From the NCBI GenBank assembly GCA_045837725.1, contig JBEWZL010000220.1, forward strand, positions 62,001 to 126,000: 64,000 nt of DNA. Reading direction: 5' to 3'. The notes under the pieces were generated by a model. The model made no database searches and was not told the origin of the DNA. It worked only from the letters and a program-made list of their open reading frames with translations. Position numbers and translations under genes: made by a program. This stretch comes from Vermamoeba vermiformis (lineage: Eukaryota). This document shows positions 1 to 12,909 of this stretch, one piece after another; the first letter of the stretch is position 1; the number at the start of each line of letters is the position of its first letter.

Positions 1-1221
1 CTTGTGCACGTGCTCGTCGTCGAACAGCAGCCAGTGTGCACCGGTACGCACCACTGTGGCAGGGGTTAGTGGCTGTTGTATGTCACTAGGGTCACTATTA
101 TACATCACTATTGTATCACTAGGGTCAAGATTGTCATATCACTATTACACATCACTATTATATATCACTATTGTCATATCACTATTGTATATCACTATTG
201 TCCTATCAGTCGCTACTGTACCAGCAATGTAGTGGCCCTGGTTGGGTCCCGCACCGAGGTGTATGATCACGGCGCCGAGTCTGTAGTGCACGCCACTCTG
301 CTTGAGCGCGAGCGGGAATGCCACGCGGTAGTTGAGCTTGGTGTAGCGCTCAATCTCTTCCAGGAATTTGAAGCGCTTCAGCTGCACCACCAACACGCGC
401 GGCGGGGACTTGATCCGCAGTCGTTTTTGTGCCTCTTGAAAGCTGTGACACTGCTCGCACCAGAACTTGTTTTGTCGCGACAGCGTCTCAATGCGACTGA
501 AGTTGTTTAAGCACGCCGTCAGCGAGCTGTTCTGCTCCACATCCACACTCAGATCAATGAAGGATTCGTCTTTGCTCGTGATCTGAACAGCATTAGAGAC
601 CTGAGTAGTAAATTTGGAGTACTTACAGTCTCGCACATCATGCACTTTGTTTCATTAGTCAATACGCCCTCAAAATACTCGTGCACCAGAGTTTTGATCG
701 GATCTGACAACAAACCATCAATTTCAATGCAGTGGCGTCAATAGTCTAATTACACATACCTTTTGAGTCCTCTTTCTGCTCTTTGCGCGCATCACGCTCC
801 ATAGTCTCTGAAATTGCATTGAGAAGGTAGATGAGAAATTCGTGTGCATCTTGTTGATTGAATCCGCTGAATAATACTGAAAAATATATTAATATTCGTC
901 TAAATGCGACTAAAACATCTACGCACCATTCTCAGTCTTCAAGCGCTGAATGAATTTGCGTGGGCCAATCACGCCCGTGCGTCGTTTGTGCGAGCCAATC
1001 TGCGCGTAGAGCTGTGCGAGTGTGTGGAGCAGCGAGTCACTATTAGGGCGCTGTTCGACATAGTGCAGCAGCGCAGTTCTGAACTCGCAGCAGTAGTACA
1101 AGGCCTGCAGCACCGAGTTGCAGTAGCAGGTGTTGCCGTAGTTCTCGAGGCCCAAGTAGTGCTCGTTGTCTGAGCTCTGCGGACCTAGTTCACGCTCGAG
1201 CTTGGTGTCTGTGTTGCCCAT
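1..1221 (-). CDS. USP12: Ubiquitin-specific protease, USP12/USP46 family (multi-exon; 3' end runs off the window)
   Basis: Starts MGNTDTKLEREL. Cys box GLENYGNTCYCNSVLQAL, QQDAHEF, zinc finger CEQC, LKRFKF. His box IIHLGAGPNQGHYIA splices across intron ~55-221 to VVRTGAHWLLFDD. Confidence 0.93.
80..203. repeat. Intronic minisatellite of degenerate (AT)ATCACTATT(GT) units
   Basis: Repeated TCACTATT/TCACTAGG cores read directly at 80-203, inside the ~167-nt minus-strand USP intron. Confidence 0.85.
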
Positions 1222-1615
1222 AGTAATAATAACAATATAATAGTCGTCAATGGAACGCGGTGGTTGTGTTCGTCATTCGCGTGTCAGCGTTGCGAAAAAT
1301 CGGAAAAAGAAAGAGCGAGATTGAAAGCATTGAGTGTCGTAGTAACAGCTCATGCCCCGTCTAGCTTGCCAGTCATTATTGGACAGCATGTGCCGTGAAG
1401 CCTACAGTGAATTCGCCTTACAATAGCTGAATAGCTGTCTTCTTGTTTCTTGCTACAGCTCCAGACCTCCATTGCTGGCTGGCTCATCATTGTATCATCC
1501 AACAAGCTTGTAGATGCGTACACCCCTTGTTGTTGCCGAGTTAGAAGGAAGTGAGCATTCCCCGCCAAAACCGAGTTGCGATATTTAAAATTGAACTGCA
1601 CACCACACGAGCACG

Positions 1616-2940
1616 ATGTCCTCGAAATCAAAGAAGAGCAGTAAAGCTGCCATGGAAGAGCACGCTGATGCCATGGATGTGGAGGAAAAGATGGATGTAG
1701 TCAAAGAACGCTCCACGGACACACTGCCGTGGGTAGAGAAATATAGACCCGCTTCATTTGACGATTTAATAGCGCATGACGATATTATATCCACTTGTAG
1801 GTTTTATTTAACACTGCGCTAAATCCATTAATATTATTAAGTAATTTCTTCTAATCTGCTATTGATGCAGTGAACAAGTTGCTAGACAGTCGCAAATTGC
1901 CGCATTTGTTATTCTATGGTCCACCAGGCACGGGCAAGACCAGCACCATCAAGTGTTTGGCGCGCAAGTTGATCGGCGGTGCCAACTATCAATCGCAAGT
2001 GCTCGAACTCAATGCCAGTGACGAGCGCCGCATTCAAACAGTGCGCGACACGATCAAGGACTTCGCTTCGACCAAACTACTCAACAGCGACGGCGGCGTG
2101 AAGCTGATCATTCTCGATGAGGCTGATGCCATGACCAACGACGCTCAAGCAGCGCTGCGACGAGGCAAGTAATAGCACTCATATACTACATAGCATTCCT
2201 ATACTGCAGTACTCGGTTCTAACGCGCAGCAGTGATCGAGAAGTTCACGCGCACCACACGCTTCTGTCTGATCTGCAATCAAGTCAACAAGGTCGTGCCG
2301 GCCATTCAGTCGCGCTGCACCAAATTTAGATTCCCACCACTGCGCGAGGCACAGGTGCGCGAACGACTCAACCACGTGATTGCTTCGGAGCACGTGACGA
2401 TCACCGAGGACGGTCTCAAAGCGGTGATTCGTCTCGGTGCTGGTGACATGCGCCGCTGTTTGAACATCCTGCAAGTACGTCGCACGAGTATAGCCTAATT
2501 AGGCAAGTGAACTGACTGCGTCCCACCAGGCCACGCACATGTCCGCCACAGAGGTGACCGAAGAGGCTGTGTACACCTGCACGGGCAGTCCCTTGCCGCG
2601 CGACATTCAGCAGCGCGTGGAGTCAATGCTGAACGAGGACTTTGTGACTGCCTACGACGGTGAGTAGCGACTAGTAGCACGGACACGGACACTACTGACT
2701 GCACGACACACAGGACTGATGAAGTTGAAAGTCGACAAGGGCCTGGCACTGCAAGACATTGTGCGCGAAGTGCATCTCAAAGTGATGGCACTCAAGCTGA
2801 CAGATCCAGCGGTGATCATTCAGCTCTTGAAACAGCTCGCAGACATTGAATACAGACTCGCATTCGGCACCGATGAGAAGTTGCAGACTGCTAGTCTCGT
2901 CAGCTGCTTTCAACTTGCCAAAGAGGCCATTGCGAGTTGA
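1616..2940 (+). CDS. RFC5: Replication factor C small subunit (RFC5 / yeast Rfc3 type), multi-exon
   Basis: PWVEKYRP, Walker [18 protein letters not shown], Walker B ILDEAD, SRC motif (IQSRC), GDMR, and C-terminal KGLALQDI...[11 protein letters not shown]. Confidence 0.95.
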
Positions 2941-3051
2941 GGACTGTACATATATATAAATGGTACTTGTAACTAGGTAGCAATCACTTTCTATTGAACA
3001 TTATAATAACAATATATACACAATTAAGATACAGCACTGTACACTATACAA

Positions 3052-6000
3052 TCAGTACGTCGCATCCACGTGATCGACAAGCACGTGACGCTCTTCGTTC
3101 TGCAGCAGCGCAAAGTCATTCTGCGTCAGTGCACTGCGACCACAGCGTGTCAATGTGCGACACATGACGTACATGTCACAACTGTCGCCAGTGCGCGGTC
3201 CGAACACGAGCACCAGGGTCGGGAAGAGCAGTGTGGTGAGCAGCAGTGCGGTGAAGAGTGTCAGACAGATGATGGCACCGAACTTGATGAAGATGACTAT
3301 CTGACACAGCAGCAGCATGGAGGTCGAGGCAATGGTCGTGATTGCGCCGCTCAAGATCGCAGTGCCCATGCTCTGAATAGCCTCGCTCAGCAGCACTCGC
3401 CGCGACTGCAGTGGTGCACGACGCGCTGCTTGCGTGTAGGCGTGAGCGAGGTGCAGCACATAGTCGACTGAGAGTCCGACCAGCAGTGTCATGCAGAGTG
3501 ATTCGACTGCACCGAGCGTCCAGCCCAACAACTTGAAGGCACTGCAATGCAAATCATCAGTCGCTGCTCGTGTGATGCCACCACCAGTGCCACTTACCCG
3601 AGTGTCAAGAACAAGTTGACAGCGAGTGTCACCAGGGCCAGGAATGCTGTCAACACATTGCCCACGAACAGCAACAGTGTGCCAAGTGCCACCACGAGAC
3701 TGGTGAAGAGTGACGTGACAATGTTGTCGACGAGTGTGGTCTCGGTGAGTGCTTCGATCCACGTGTCGCTGAACTGCAGTGCGCCACGACACTCGCGCGG
3801 TGCACGGCGATCCAATTCATCGAGCACAGTCTGCCACTCGTTGTACAGCGCTACTGCGTCACGACTCGAGATACTGCGACTGGTGTTCTGTGGAGTGACA
3901 CGTGTCAATCAGAGGTCAGTGCGGAGTGCCAGACACTTACCGAGAGGAAGGAATAGCGCAGCCAAATGACCTGCAGATCGAGTGGCTGGTGCTGCACGAG
4001 TCGCGCCTTGATGTCCGTCCAGTTGAAGTGATTCAAGCTGAAGTCGCTCTGGTACTCTTCAATGTTGGCACGAATGAACAGCAGCAGGTGATACAGCAGG
4101 GCATTGCGGTCACTCAGCGGCCACTTGCCAGCAGCTGTCAACTTGTCTCTGAATGCACTCAGCAGACACCGACCAGGGCTCGCTAACAGGCCGCGCTGCC
4201 ACAACGTGTCGCACACAGTCGCGAGGTGATCGATGCACGGCGTGGTCAGCGGATCGAATTGCGGGACTCGTTCAGGAATGCCAATCCATTCACTGAACGG
4301 ATCGCGTGGATTGACATGCGAGCCATTCACGTGTCCAGTGAGGCCCCACACAATCTGCACGTCAATGTTGTTCAGCGACGGTGGCACTGGCGGCTCGCTC
4401 TCGCCGTCACTCGCAGTGGGGGCTGTGGCACTCGGCACTGCGGGACTGCGGGTGACAGGTGTCACACTGCTGGGGGTGCGAGTCACTGGTGCGGTGTGTG
4501 TGACAGGTGTCAAAGTGACAGGTGTCACCGAGTGTGGCGCATGAGGCGTGACAGGTGGTGCTGTTGTATTGTTCGCGGGCTTGGGCGGAGTCCACGTGGT
4601 GGCACCTGTGCTGTCCGGCAACCAGCCACTGCGCTGCCATTCACTGAACCAGCCCAGATTGGAGTCACGTTGAAACACCTGCGGCGGCGTGCTGGCACCT
4701 TCCAAAGATAGACTTTGATATACTGCGCCAGCTGTCAGCACGGCAAAGATTGCCAAATATAGATATCGCAGTGTGTACACGTGACTGGACAGACATTGGC
4801 CGAGTTTCTGGTTGAAAGTGTTGCGCTTGAACGACTTTTTCCTTTTTAGGCAAGGCGCCAGGCAGCGTCCAATCTTCTGTTCCTTGGCGCGCACGTGACG
4901 GTCCCACGTGACGAGAGCTGCAGGGAACAGCGTGACTGAGAGTAGCCAGTTCATCATCACGATGAGTGACATGTAAATGCCTGTTTCAGTGAATTAGTAC
5001 TGAAATAGCCTAATTAGGCAATGAACTCACCGAACATGCGCAGTGCAGGTATTTGCGAGAACAAATTGGCCAAAAATGCCGCAGCGGTGGTGAGTGAAGT
5101 GACTGCGAGTGTGTGAGTGACAGGTGTCATGAAGGCTGTCAAACAGCGTGCACTTCAGGACTTACCAAATGTAGCTAACATGGCGTGTCGGTAGGTGTCA
5201 GCGAGTCGGTGGGCAGGTGCGTCAGGATAGCGCACAGCAGCGTGTCGATAGCTGAAGTAGAACACGAACACATCGTCCACACCAATGCCGATCACCAAGA
5301 ACAGTGCCACACCAGTCAACAGATTCACCGTCTCGAGCTGACACGCGTACATGTACACGCCGTACACCGCGGGGAAGGCAATCAACAGCTCGTACATGGC
5401 GTACAGGGCCAGGAACGGTGAGCGCAGCTGCACGACCACGAGCACCGCCACGAGCAGCAGACTGCCCAGTGCGTACTGTGCATCACCGAACACAGTCTCG
5501 CGTATCTCGTAGCCAGTGATGGCATCTCCGCCCCAGTGCGCATCGAGTGGTCCCTCGCGGGTCATGCGACGCAGTGTGTTGCGCAGCGGCACGAGCACAG
5601 TCAACAGCTTGTCGGACTGTTCGCTCAGTCTGTCGGTCTTGGACTCGTAGCCTGCAGCAGCGTCAGTGCTGTCACTGTTTGACACGTGTGACACGTACCT
5701 GGCAAGGGGCCACCAAAGTAGAGCTCGACGCGTGTCAACAAGCTGCGACCAGTCTCGGGAAAGTGTTGGTCTGTGTACCAGAACACTCCTTTCTCGCGCA
5801 GTGTGGCCAATCTTATTGACCAATCAGCGCGCAGCACATCTCCGTCCATCAGCTCGCTGAGCAGTGACCCTGGTGGATGACACGTGTCACCGCGCAACCA
5901 GCATGAAGCGGTGTATTCAGGCATTGCGGTCAGTTGTTGAATCACGTGGTGCATGTAGAGCACGTGACCAGGGCTGAAGATGGTGGCGTTGACTTGCGTT

Positions 6001-6641
6001 GACTGCTCGTTCAGTGAAAAGATGATGTGAAAGGTCCACATCTTCTCGTACCGCCCAGCATTCACTGAACGCGTCTGTCGCAATGATTCGTGCCAGTCAC
6101 GTGGCTGCGAGTCACCCATGTACGTACTTGCCATATTTAGCAACAGTGTTCGGTGGAGTTTGAAGGCCGCAATGTAACTCTCCAAGGCGCGGTAACTGAT
6201 GTGATCGCGCACTTGAAAGCTGCTCAAGCCGAGATCTACCTCCACGCGGTACGTGACACCTACCAGGGCCAGCAACAGCGGAATAATAGTGCACGTTACC
6301 AGCCACGCACGCGGATGTGCGCTTAGCCATCGAACGACGCGGTTTGGAGTGCGCGGCATCATAATTTCATCTAATATAGGCGTTATAATGCTGTGGTAAT
6401 GTCGCGAATCTAACAAAATCAAATAGATTTGAAATTTCTGCGAGCTGAGAATGACAGATCGGTCAATTTCAAATTCAAATTCAAATTTACGAAAAACTTT
6501 CATTTGCAAGAGCTAAAATATTGACTCACCTGACATAGGCAATGTTGCGTCTTCAATATCCAAGCCATGGACATCGTTGTCATGCCAATTCAGATCGAGA
6601 TCGAGAGTGGTGTCGTCTTGTTTTTGGTGCATTTCATCCAT
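3052..6641 (-). CDS. Dispatched/Patched-like RND-family sterol-sensing-domain membrane protein, multi-exon
   Basis: One N-terminal TM plus two multi-TM bundles. TM4 GIGVDD and TM10 GLSVDY match the GxxxD(D) motif. Large luminal loops and a Pro/Thr-rich insert. First exon MDEMHQKQ at 6641. Confidence 0.85.
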
Positions 6642-7277
6642 AGAGTGTTGCACTCAACACTACGTGGCACTAGTTTGACGACGAATGAGTGAATTGAAGT
6701 GCGTCGCGTGGTTCAAGTGTGTGTTAAGTCTTGCGTACTGACGCGAAAATGTTTTTCTAGGGCAAATGTGCAGTCACGTGATCGACTGCAGTACGGAGCT
6801 GTACGAATTGAGCGATGTATTGGTTGCAAACAAGATATCGGATACTATATAATAAGAGGTGTAAATTTCAAAATATTTCGACATAACACCGAGAATTCGC
6901 GCAGAAGTAAAATCAAGCAAAAAAATTGTATTTCTAAAAGATTACCTTATTAAGAGTGCCATGCTAAAGATATTGGCTTACTATTATTATTGAGCAGAAT
7001 ATTCTCGTCGAATTAGAATTACATTTTATAACTTTGAATTGAGTTTCATCGCAGTCCTGTCTGTAATAATGCGAGGTACTCCGTGCGTTTGCACTATTAT
7101 TATCATTTGATAATATTAACACTACATCAAGTTTGGTTGTGATTGTGGTTGTGTGCAGTAAAATAAATATCACGACTTGAACAATTATTACGAGTTTTCT
7201 TTGAGAGCAGCGAGCACATTAGCGCATTTGTTACAACAACCGCAACGCAAGTAACGCACTAGTGTTCAAATATCACT

Positions 7278-8814
7278 ATGCTCTCTCTTGTACCCAGATT
7301 ACTGGGACACAATGACACTTTGAAAGCTGCATCCAGGTATGTCTTGCAACAATAATTCTCTGATTATTTTTCTCAATATATACACCGCTTAATATGATAA
7401 TATTACCGCATAAAAACTCACTACCAATGCGTGGAATATTTTGATTATTATTTTTCAATAAATTTCCAACACATGCTCAGAGCCATTCAAGCGCGTACAC
7501 GCCGCACTACACGTGCACTACACACGCCGCGCGTAACAGACACCAAAACACTCGCTTTTACTTCCTCCAAGCCGCGCCGTGAGTCCTCATCTGGCCCCGA
7601 TCTCGAACCGAGTGCGCTCAGCAACAATACGGACGAATTTCTGCAAAAATTAGAGGTACGCGACCACTTCCATATTAGTACAAGCCACTCACTGCGCACA
7701 GAACCGGCCCTTTGGTCCCCCCGAAACATTCTGGCTGCGCGATCACAGTGCGTGGCTGGCCGAACATCGTCGCGCGGGTGCTGGTGGCCTGTTCAAATAC
7801 GCACTCGCGAGCTGGACGATCAATCGCCTCACGCGCGGCCAGTACAGCACTAAGAGTATGCTGCGCAATGCGACCATGGCGTACTATGGCATTATGGAGC
7901 GGTATGACATCCTGATTGCCTAATATAGTAATGTTGACACGTGTCAGATTGAATGCAGGCGACATTGACAGCGTGTTGCCCAACATGACCGAGTGGGCTG
8001 CGTGTGTGTTGCGTGGCTGGTACCGACAGGTGTCAAACAGCGGTCTGCACGTGGACTACCAGTCTACAGTGTTGCGCGCAGCAGTGAGTGGAGCATCAGT
8101 GTTGTATCAACTGCCGCGCGTGGTGGACTACGAGTACCCAGAGAGCCAGTCATATGTCTATTCGCTCTGGAGACCCTCGCGCTTCTTGTCAGTCGGCGCG
8201 TATGTCTCGGAAGAGTGGGCTGCACAGTCCGCTGAAGAACCGGGTGTGACCGTGTACATGAAGAACAGGTGCGTGCTGTGCTGTCACGTGATTGGTTAGA
8301 TACTGACTGAGATATTGCCTAATTAGGGAAGATCAGATGCGGTGGGAAGTGAACGATCAAGACGAAAAAATTCTCAGAAAAAGTCAAGCCGATGTGGCAG
8401 TGTGGGTGCGATTCGCTTGTCGGTAAGAGCTTCAGTTTGACACGTGTCACACCAATAACTGACATCTGTCGCAGCGAGAAGCTGAAAGTGACAGACAAAG
8501 ACAAGAATGTTGTGTTTGACAGTCACGACATTATTACGGAACACAGTAAGTGACACTTTGATTTCACTGAACGGTGCTGATCTCTTGCCTAGTATGGAAA
8601 TTTGTCTCGAGACTGCCGCTCGAAGAAGGCGAGTCCTTTCAGTGGCACATTGCCGACATTGACAACAACGTGCAAGAGCGCTCGTACAAGACCAGCATGG
8701 AGGTACGTGCTATTTTTAGCTCCACAATGCAGATCTGACCTCTGACAGGACCGCGTGTGGATTGATGTCCGCAAAGTGCCACCAGAAGAGACGTGGAAGA
8801 CTGTAGTCATCTAA
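7278..8814 (+). CDS. Probable mitochondrial Tim44-like-domain protein (MAIP1/Mba1/MRPL45-like), multi-exon
   Basis: Spliced N-terminus MLSLVPRLLG...RAIQARTRRTTRALH is Arg-rich and acid-poor, like a presequence. The C-terminal EKLKVTDKDKNVV...WKFVS...WHIADIDN pattern resembles Tim44-like domains. Family call is by recognition only. Confidence 0.5.
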
Positions 8815-8924
8815 CCACTTGCCATAATTAGCTATTTATAACCCTGTGAATACTTTGCATGAATTTTGTGAATAAAACTCGACATTTAAATACAGACTGG
8901 TGATTTATACAGGTAATTACAATG

Positions 8925-10780
8925 TTACACGTCTTTGTGCACGCCATTAGGCACGCCATTTTCCTGAGTGCCACTTCCTAATTTGGCAAGTTCACTCTTG
9001 AGCCGTTCAATCTCTTGTTTGTACTCCTCCTCGCGCTGTTGCAACTGTTTCTTCTTGTCTTTGAGCATTTGCACCTTGTTGACGGCGTCGCGGCCGTGCA
9101 CCCAATCCATCTGCTTGTTAATCGTCTTGTACACTTCGGGTCTGAGCGGCAAGATCTTGTCGCGCCAGTAGGTGAGTGCTTCGAACTCTTGGTGCTGACA
9201 CATGGACTGCACCACCCACTTGAGATTGCTCGTGTTGACAATGTTCTGCGTCACCGAGACAGTCTCGGTCAAGTTGAGTACTTGGTGCCACCAGCCACCA
9301 GGAATGAACACCATGTCACCTGCCTCCTGCACGAATTCAATGGGCTTGTGCTCCTCGCTCATGTGCGCGAACATTTGATGATAGAAGCGCGTGGGATACG
9401 CACTCGACATGTCCATGATGTTGCCTGCTGCGTCAGTCTCGACCTTCAAGCCAGGCGGCGAGATCTGTGGCGGGTAGAGGGCCCAGCGCTTCTTGCCGTA
9501 GAGCAGCGCATTCCACGCCGAAGTGCCGTGCGGATCAATGTGAAAGGGCGTGCCTGAGCGCGCAGGACCAACGATGACCCATCGGAAGGGGGGTCGATGA
9601 TCGCCCATGGCTGCGTAGAGGTCTTCAATGAAGTACTCGGGAATGCTGTAGTCTTTGAGCAGTTCAGGCACGCGCTCAGCGAATCCATCGTCGAACAAGT
9701 AGATCGGCTTGTCGTCGCGTTGATTGCGCATGTACGTCACGTAGTCGCGCATGGTCATCCACACGCGCTTCTTGTGGCGGTTGTGCTCGCCAATCTTGAA
9801 CAAGTGGTCCTTGAATCGCTCGGCCAAGTTGTCAGGGGTCCAGGCACGGGCGGGATCGCTCACTGCGGGCCAGTTCTCTACAATGCCGCGCAATATGACT
9901 GGCACGCCGTGCGAGGGGTAGGGCTTGTCGTACTGCTCGCGGAACTGTTCGAGGGTCAGTGCAATCTCCTCGCCATCTGCAATGCGTTAGCAATACTGTT
10001 ATATGCAGTGTTGATAGGTCATACCCAGGCCAGTGACGTCGATCCGTTCAATATCTTCAGTATCGCGTTCAAAATTCGTGTAGTCAATTTGAGTAGAGCG
10101 ATACCATTTGCGGTACATATAATCGCTATAAAATCCTAAAATCGGCATAATTAGTAATTTGTAATCTAAGTGGCTTATTTTCATGAATTAAATTACGAAA
10201 TTTGGTCATTGTTTTGCAAAACATAATCTCGGGTAACAAATATTTAATTAAATAGCGGATTATTACCACATATAATGCACATTATTATTAGTATTACGAT
10301 CGCGATTTTAGCAAATTTTTGTAATAAAATTTCCGATTTTTTCGGGATTGGAATTCTAATTTTACCATCAACTCGTTTAGGCGTTACTAACTCGGGCCTA
10401 ATTGCTCTCGGATCAGCGTGAGGGAACAAAGCAGTGAGTTTCCAAGTGTATTTGTAGACAAAATCGCCCTCCCAAAGGTCAAAGCAGAGCAAGCGCCACA
10501 ACTCGTCCCAGTTGCAGAACTGATGCCAGGCCTTGCTGACTGTATTCAAGGTCAACAAGTCCTTCACTGACAACTCGCGGAATATGACAATGACGTCGTG
10601 ATCGCTGAGCACTTGCATTGTACCGAGACCTTTGCGCAGTATCACGCTCGGATGCTCTGACATGTCGCCAGTGAACGGCGCACTCGCTGCTGCTGGACGA
10701 GGCTGAGTGTTCTTGGCCTTCTTAGGGCCTGTTTGTGGCACTTTGTTCTTCTGCTTGGTTTTGCCGAGTCGTTGCATCAT
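8925..10780 (-). CDS. F-box + JmjC-domain 2-oxoglutarate oxygenase (JMJD6-like)
   Basis: F-box LSDHDVIVIFRELSVKDLLTLNTVSKAWHQF...ELWR. JmjC GPARSGTPFHIDP...WNALLYGKKRW...PGGWWHQVLN with the HxD...H triad. C-terminal coiled coil. Confidence 0.9.
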
Positions 10781-10920
10781 CTTGTAAATTTGAAAGGTGT
10801 TTGGGGCTGTGAAAAATTCTGAATTTGACACAGATTTTTTGGTGCGCCGAAATTCAGCCCAAAATCTTAGGAAGAGCACTCGCGCATTGTTGCATAGCGC
10901 AGTATTAATAAGACCACGAA

Positions 10921-12230
10921 ATGAAATTACTCGTAGCTTGCACTATTCTCGCCCTTTTAGGCAAGTTTTATGATTATCGGCGACAGATCAAGCCCTTCGT
11001 AATACAAATTCAATCTCACTTAACACATACTTCCTAATTTATTTAATGCGATAATTGCATCAATTAATCGCTGTCTTAGGCGTTGTCTATTCACAAGGAT
11101 GCAGGGCTAGCCGCCATTATTCTGATTCAGACGAAGCATGGGACTTTGTAGGTTCATATTACCATCAATTTAATGCCATATTAATAATACAAGCCTACCT
11201 TTAATTTTCTTTTGACTTTTCATTTTTTATTTTCGTAATTCTGATTATTATTTATTATCCCAGACTGGATATGCTGCTGCTGAAGTACGCGGAGTTAGCA
11301 CGGTATGTATCATTGCTATCGGAATTAATCGGCACTGACATCGAATCTAGATCTTTAGCAACGGTAACGATGAAACTTACTCATTCGTTGTTAAATTCTG
11401 CACCAATGTCAACGTGGTGGTAAGTAATAACGAGGACACTAACGATCGTAAGTGATACTGACTGTGCATCCAGTGGGGAAACGTAACCAATCCGAAGAAG
11501 ACACAAAAGGACTGGCTCGGTACGTGCTGTTAACACCTCGCTATTAATAACACAATGCTCATGCTCGACTTGCAGGCTGGAGTCACGGCACACTCGACGA
11601 GTTCACGTACGTGGGCATGGAGCTGCACAATCCCAACAGCAAGGCTGAGGATCAAGTAGCCCCGCGCGTGGCCAAGAAGAGTTTCGAACAAGACTTCCAG
11701 CTCGGTGACCACGGCTACCCGTGCGTGATTGGTCGCAAGTCAACGCTCTTCGTCCACTGCGGACAAGCTGGAGACACCTGCGCCAATGTCCCTGGCGTCA
11801 CTAACCCCAACTGCCTCGACGGATCCACTGCCACCAGCGGTCAATTCTGCATGTGCGATGCTGCTTATGACCCTGCTGAAGCGTGCACTGCGAACATCAC
11901 TTTGCTGCTGATCGACTGTCCCTCCGTCATCATTTCACCCAATTCGCAGACCCCTGCTGCTAGCGAACCTCTCTCTGGCGGCGCTGTCTTTGGCATCATT
12001 GTCCTTGTGTAAGTACTCGTGGTATATATGTAGATATGTGCTTATAATCGGATAGTTTGTTCCTTGTCACCCTCGTGATCTGCGCTGGTGGATTTGCTTA
12101 CAACTACAAAGTCAACGATCTCCGCGGAGTTGATGCTGTTCCCTTCATTAGCGTTTTCCGTGGCTCAGCTCGTGATCGTCCTTATCAACCTGCCTCTCAA
12201 AGCGGTTACGGCTCTGTTGAAGAGCACTAA
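10921..12230 (+). CDS. Type I membrane protein, mannose-6-phosphate-receptor/ATG27-like
   Basis: Signal peptide MKLLVACTILALLG, Cys-rich luminal domain, TM LSGGAVFGIIVLVLFLVTLVICAGGFAY, tail NYKVNDLRGVDAVPF typical of CD-MPR/ATG27, and a YGSV sorting motif near the end. Confidence 0.65.
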
Positions 12231-12488
12231 ATTAAATTACGGATCGTCGATCATCCTGATCGCATCTGAACTTTGTTGTTTACCGCTGCGTACAATATTA
12301 CATTAAATAATAATTAAAAATTTCCAGTGTTGAATGAGTTTGATTTGTGAAACCTTTTTCGATCACGATCAACGGACTGATTCGACGATCTGCGGCGGTT
12401 AAAGTAATATGAGGTGCTCTTCTATAGTTTACAAATCAACATAACACTTGTTCTCGTTTCCGTTTATGCCAAGAAGAGGTGTGTTCAC

Positions 12489-12496
12489 TCCCACAA
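12489..12496 (+). promoter_or_regulatory. DUSE-like upstream sequence element (TCCCACAA) for U3
   Basis: Matches the Dictyostelium upstream sequence element WCCCAYAA, ~65 nt before the inferred U3 start. The same element sits at the same spacing before RNase MRP. Confidence 0.7.
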
Positions 12497-12553
12497 TAAT
12501 TTTATGCAGTTCTCGCAGCTCCCCTCAAAACTGCGCAATGAACGCATTTGTTT

Positions 12554-12788
12554 CTGACCGTACTTTCAGGATTCATTTCTATAGTACGTTCAGTCATGTC
12601 GTGTCTTTCACACATGGCAAAATCTCTCAGTAGGGATGATGAACTAGGTCTGGGAGTCTTGAGCGGGAAGGTTTGTTGAGAGCTTTACTCAGCCGGCTTC
12701 GGTCGTGCGGAGTACAAAGTCTCACCAGTTGATGAACGTTTCCTCTCAGTCTTCTGCGAGGAAGGGACTCTTCAGAAGTTTGACCTAT
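12554..12788 (+). ncRNA. U3: U3 small nucleolar RNA
   Basis: All U3 boxes in order: A' GACCGTACTT, A GGATTCATTTCTATAGTA, C' GGATGATGA, B GAGCGGGAAG, C TTGATGAACG, D-like GTTTGA, closed by a TAGG/CCTA terminal stem. Length ~235 nt. Confidence 0.92.
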
Positions 12789-12792
12789 TCTC

Positions 12793-12801
12793 TTTTTTTT
12801 T
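12793..12801 (+). terminator. T9 run, candidate RNA polymerase III terminator of U3
   Basis: Nine consecutive T directly after the U3 terminal stem. Confidence 0.5.
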
Positions 12802-12909
12802 GCCTGAATCTGATCGCATCTACTAAAAAATCGAGAAAAGAAGGGAAGCCTGCAACTCATAAATAAACGACTTCAAATCGTGTGAAGTCTCGTAGGGGCG
12901 TTTATTATT

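Noticed and set aside
80-203. Possible CRISPR-like array
   Set aside because: Units are short, degenerate and adjacent with no unique spacers; the context is a eukaryotic intron with no cas genes.
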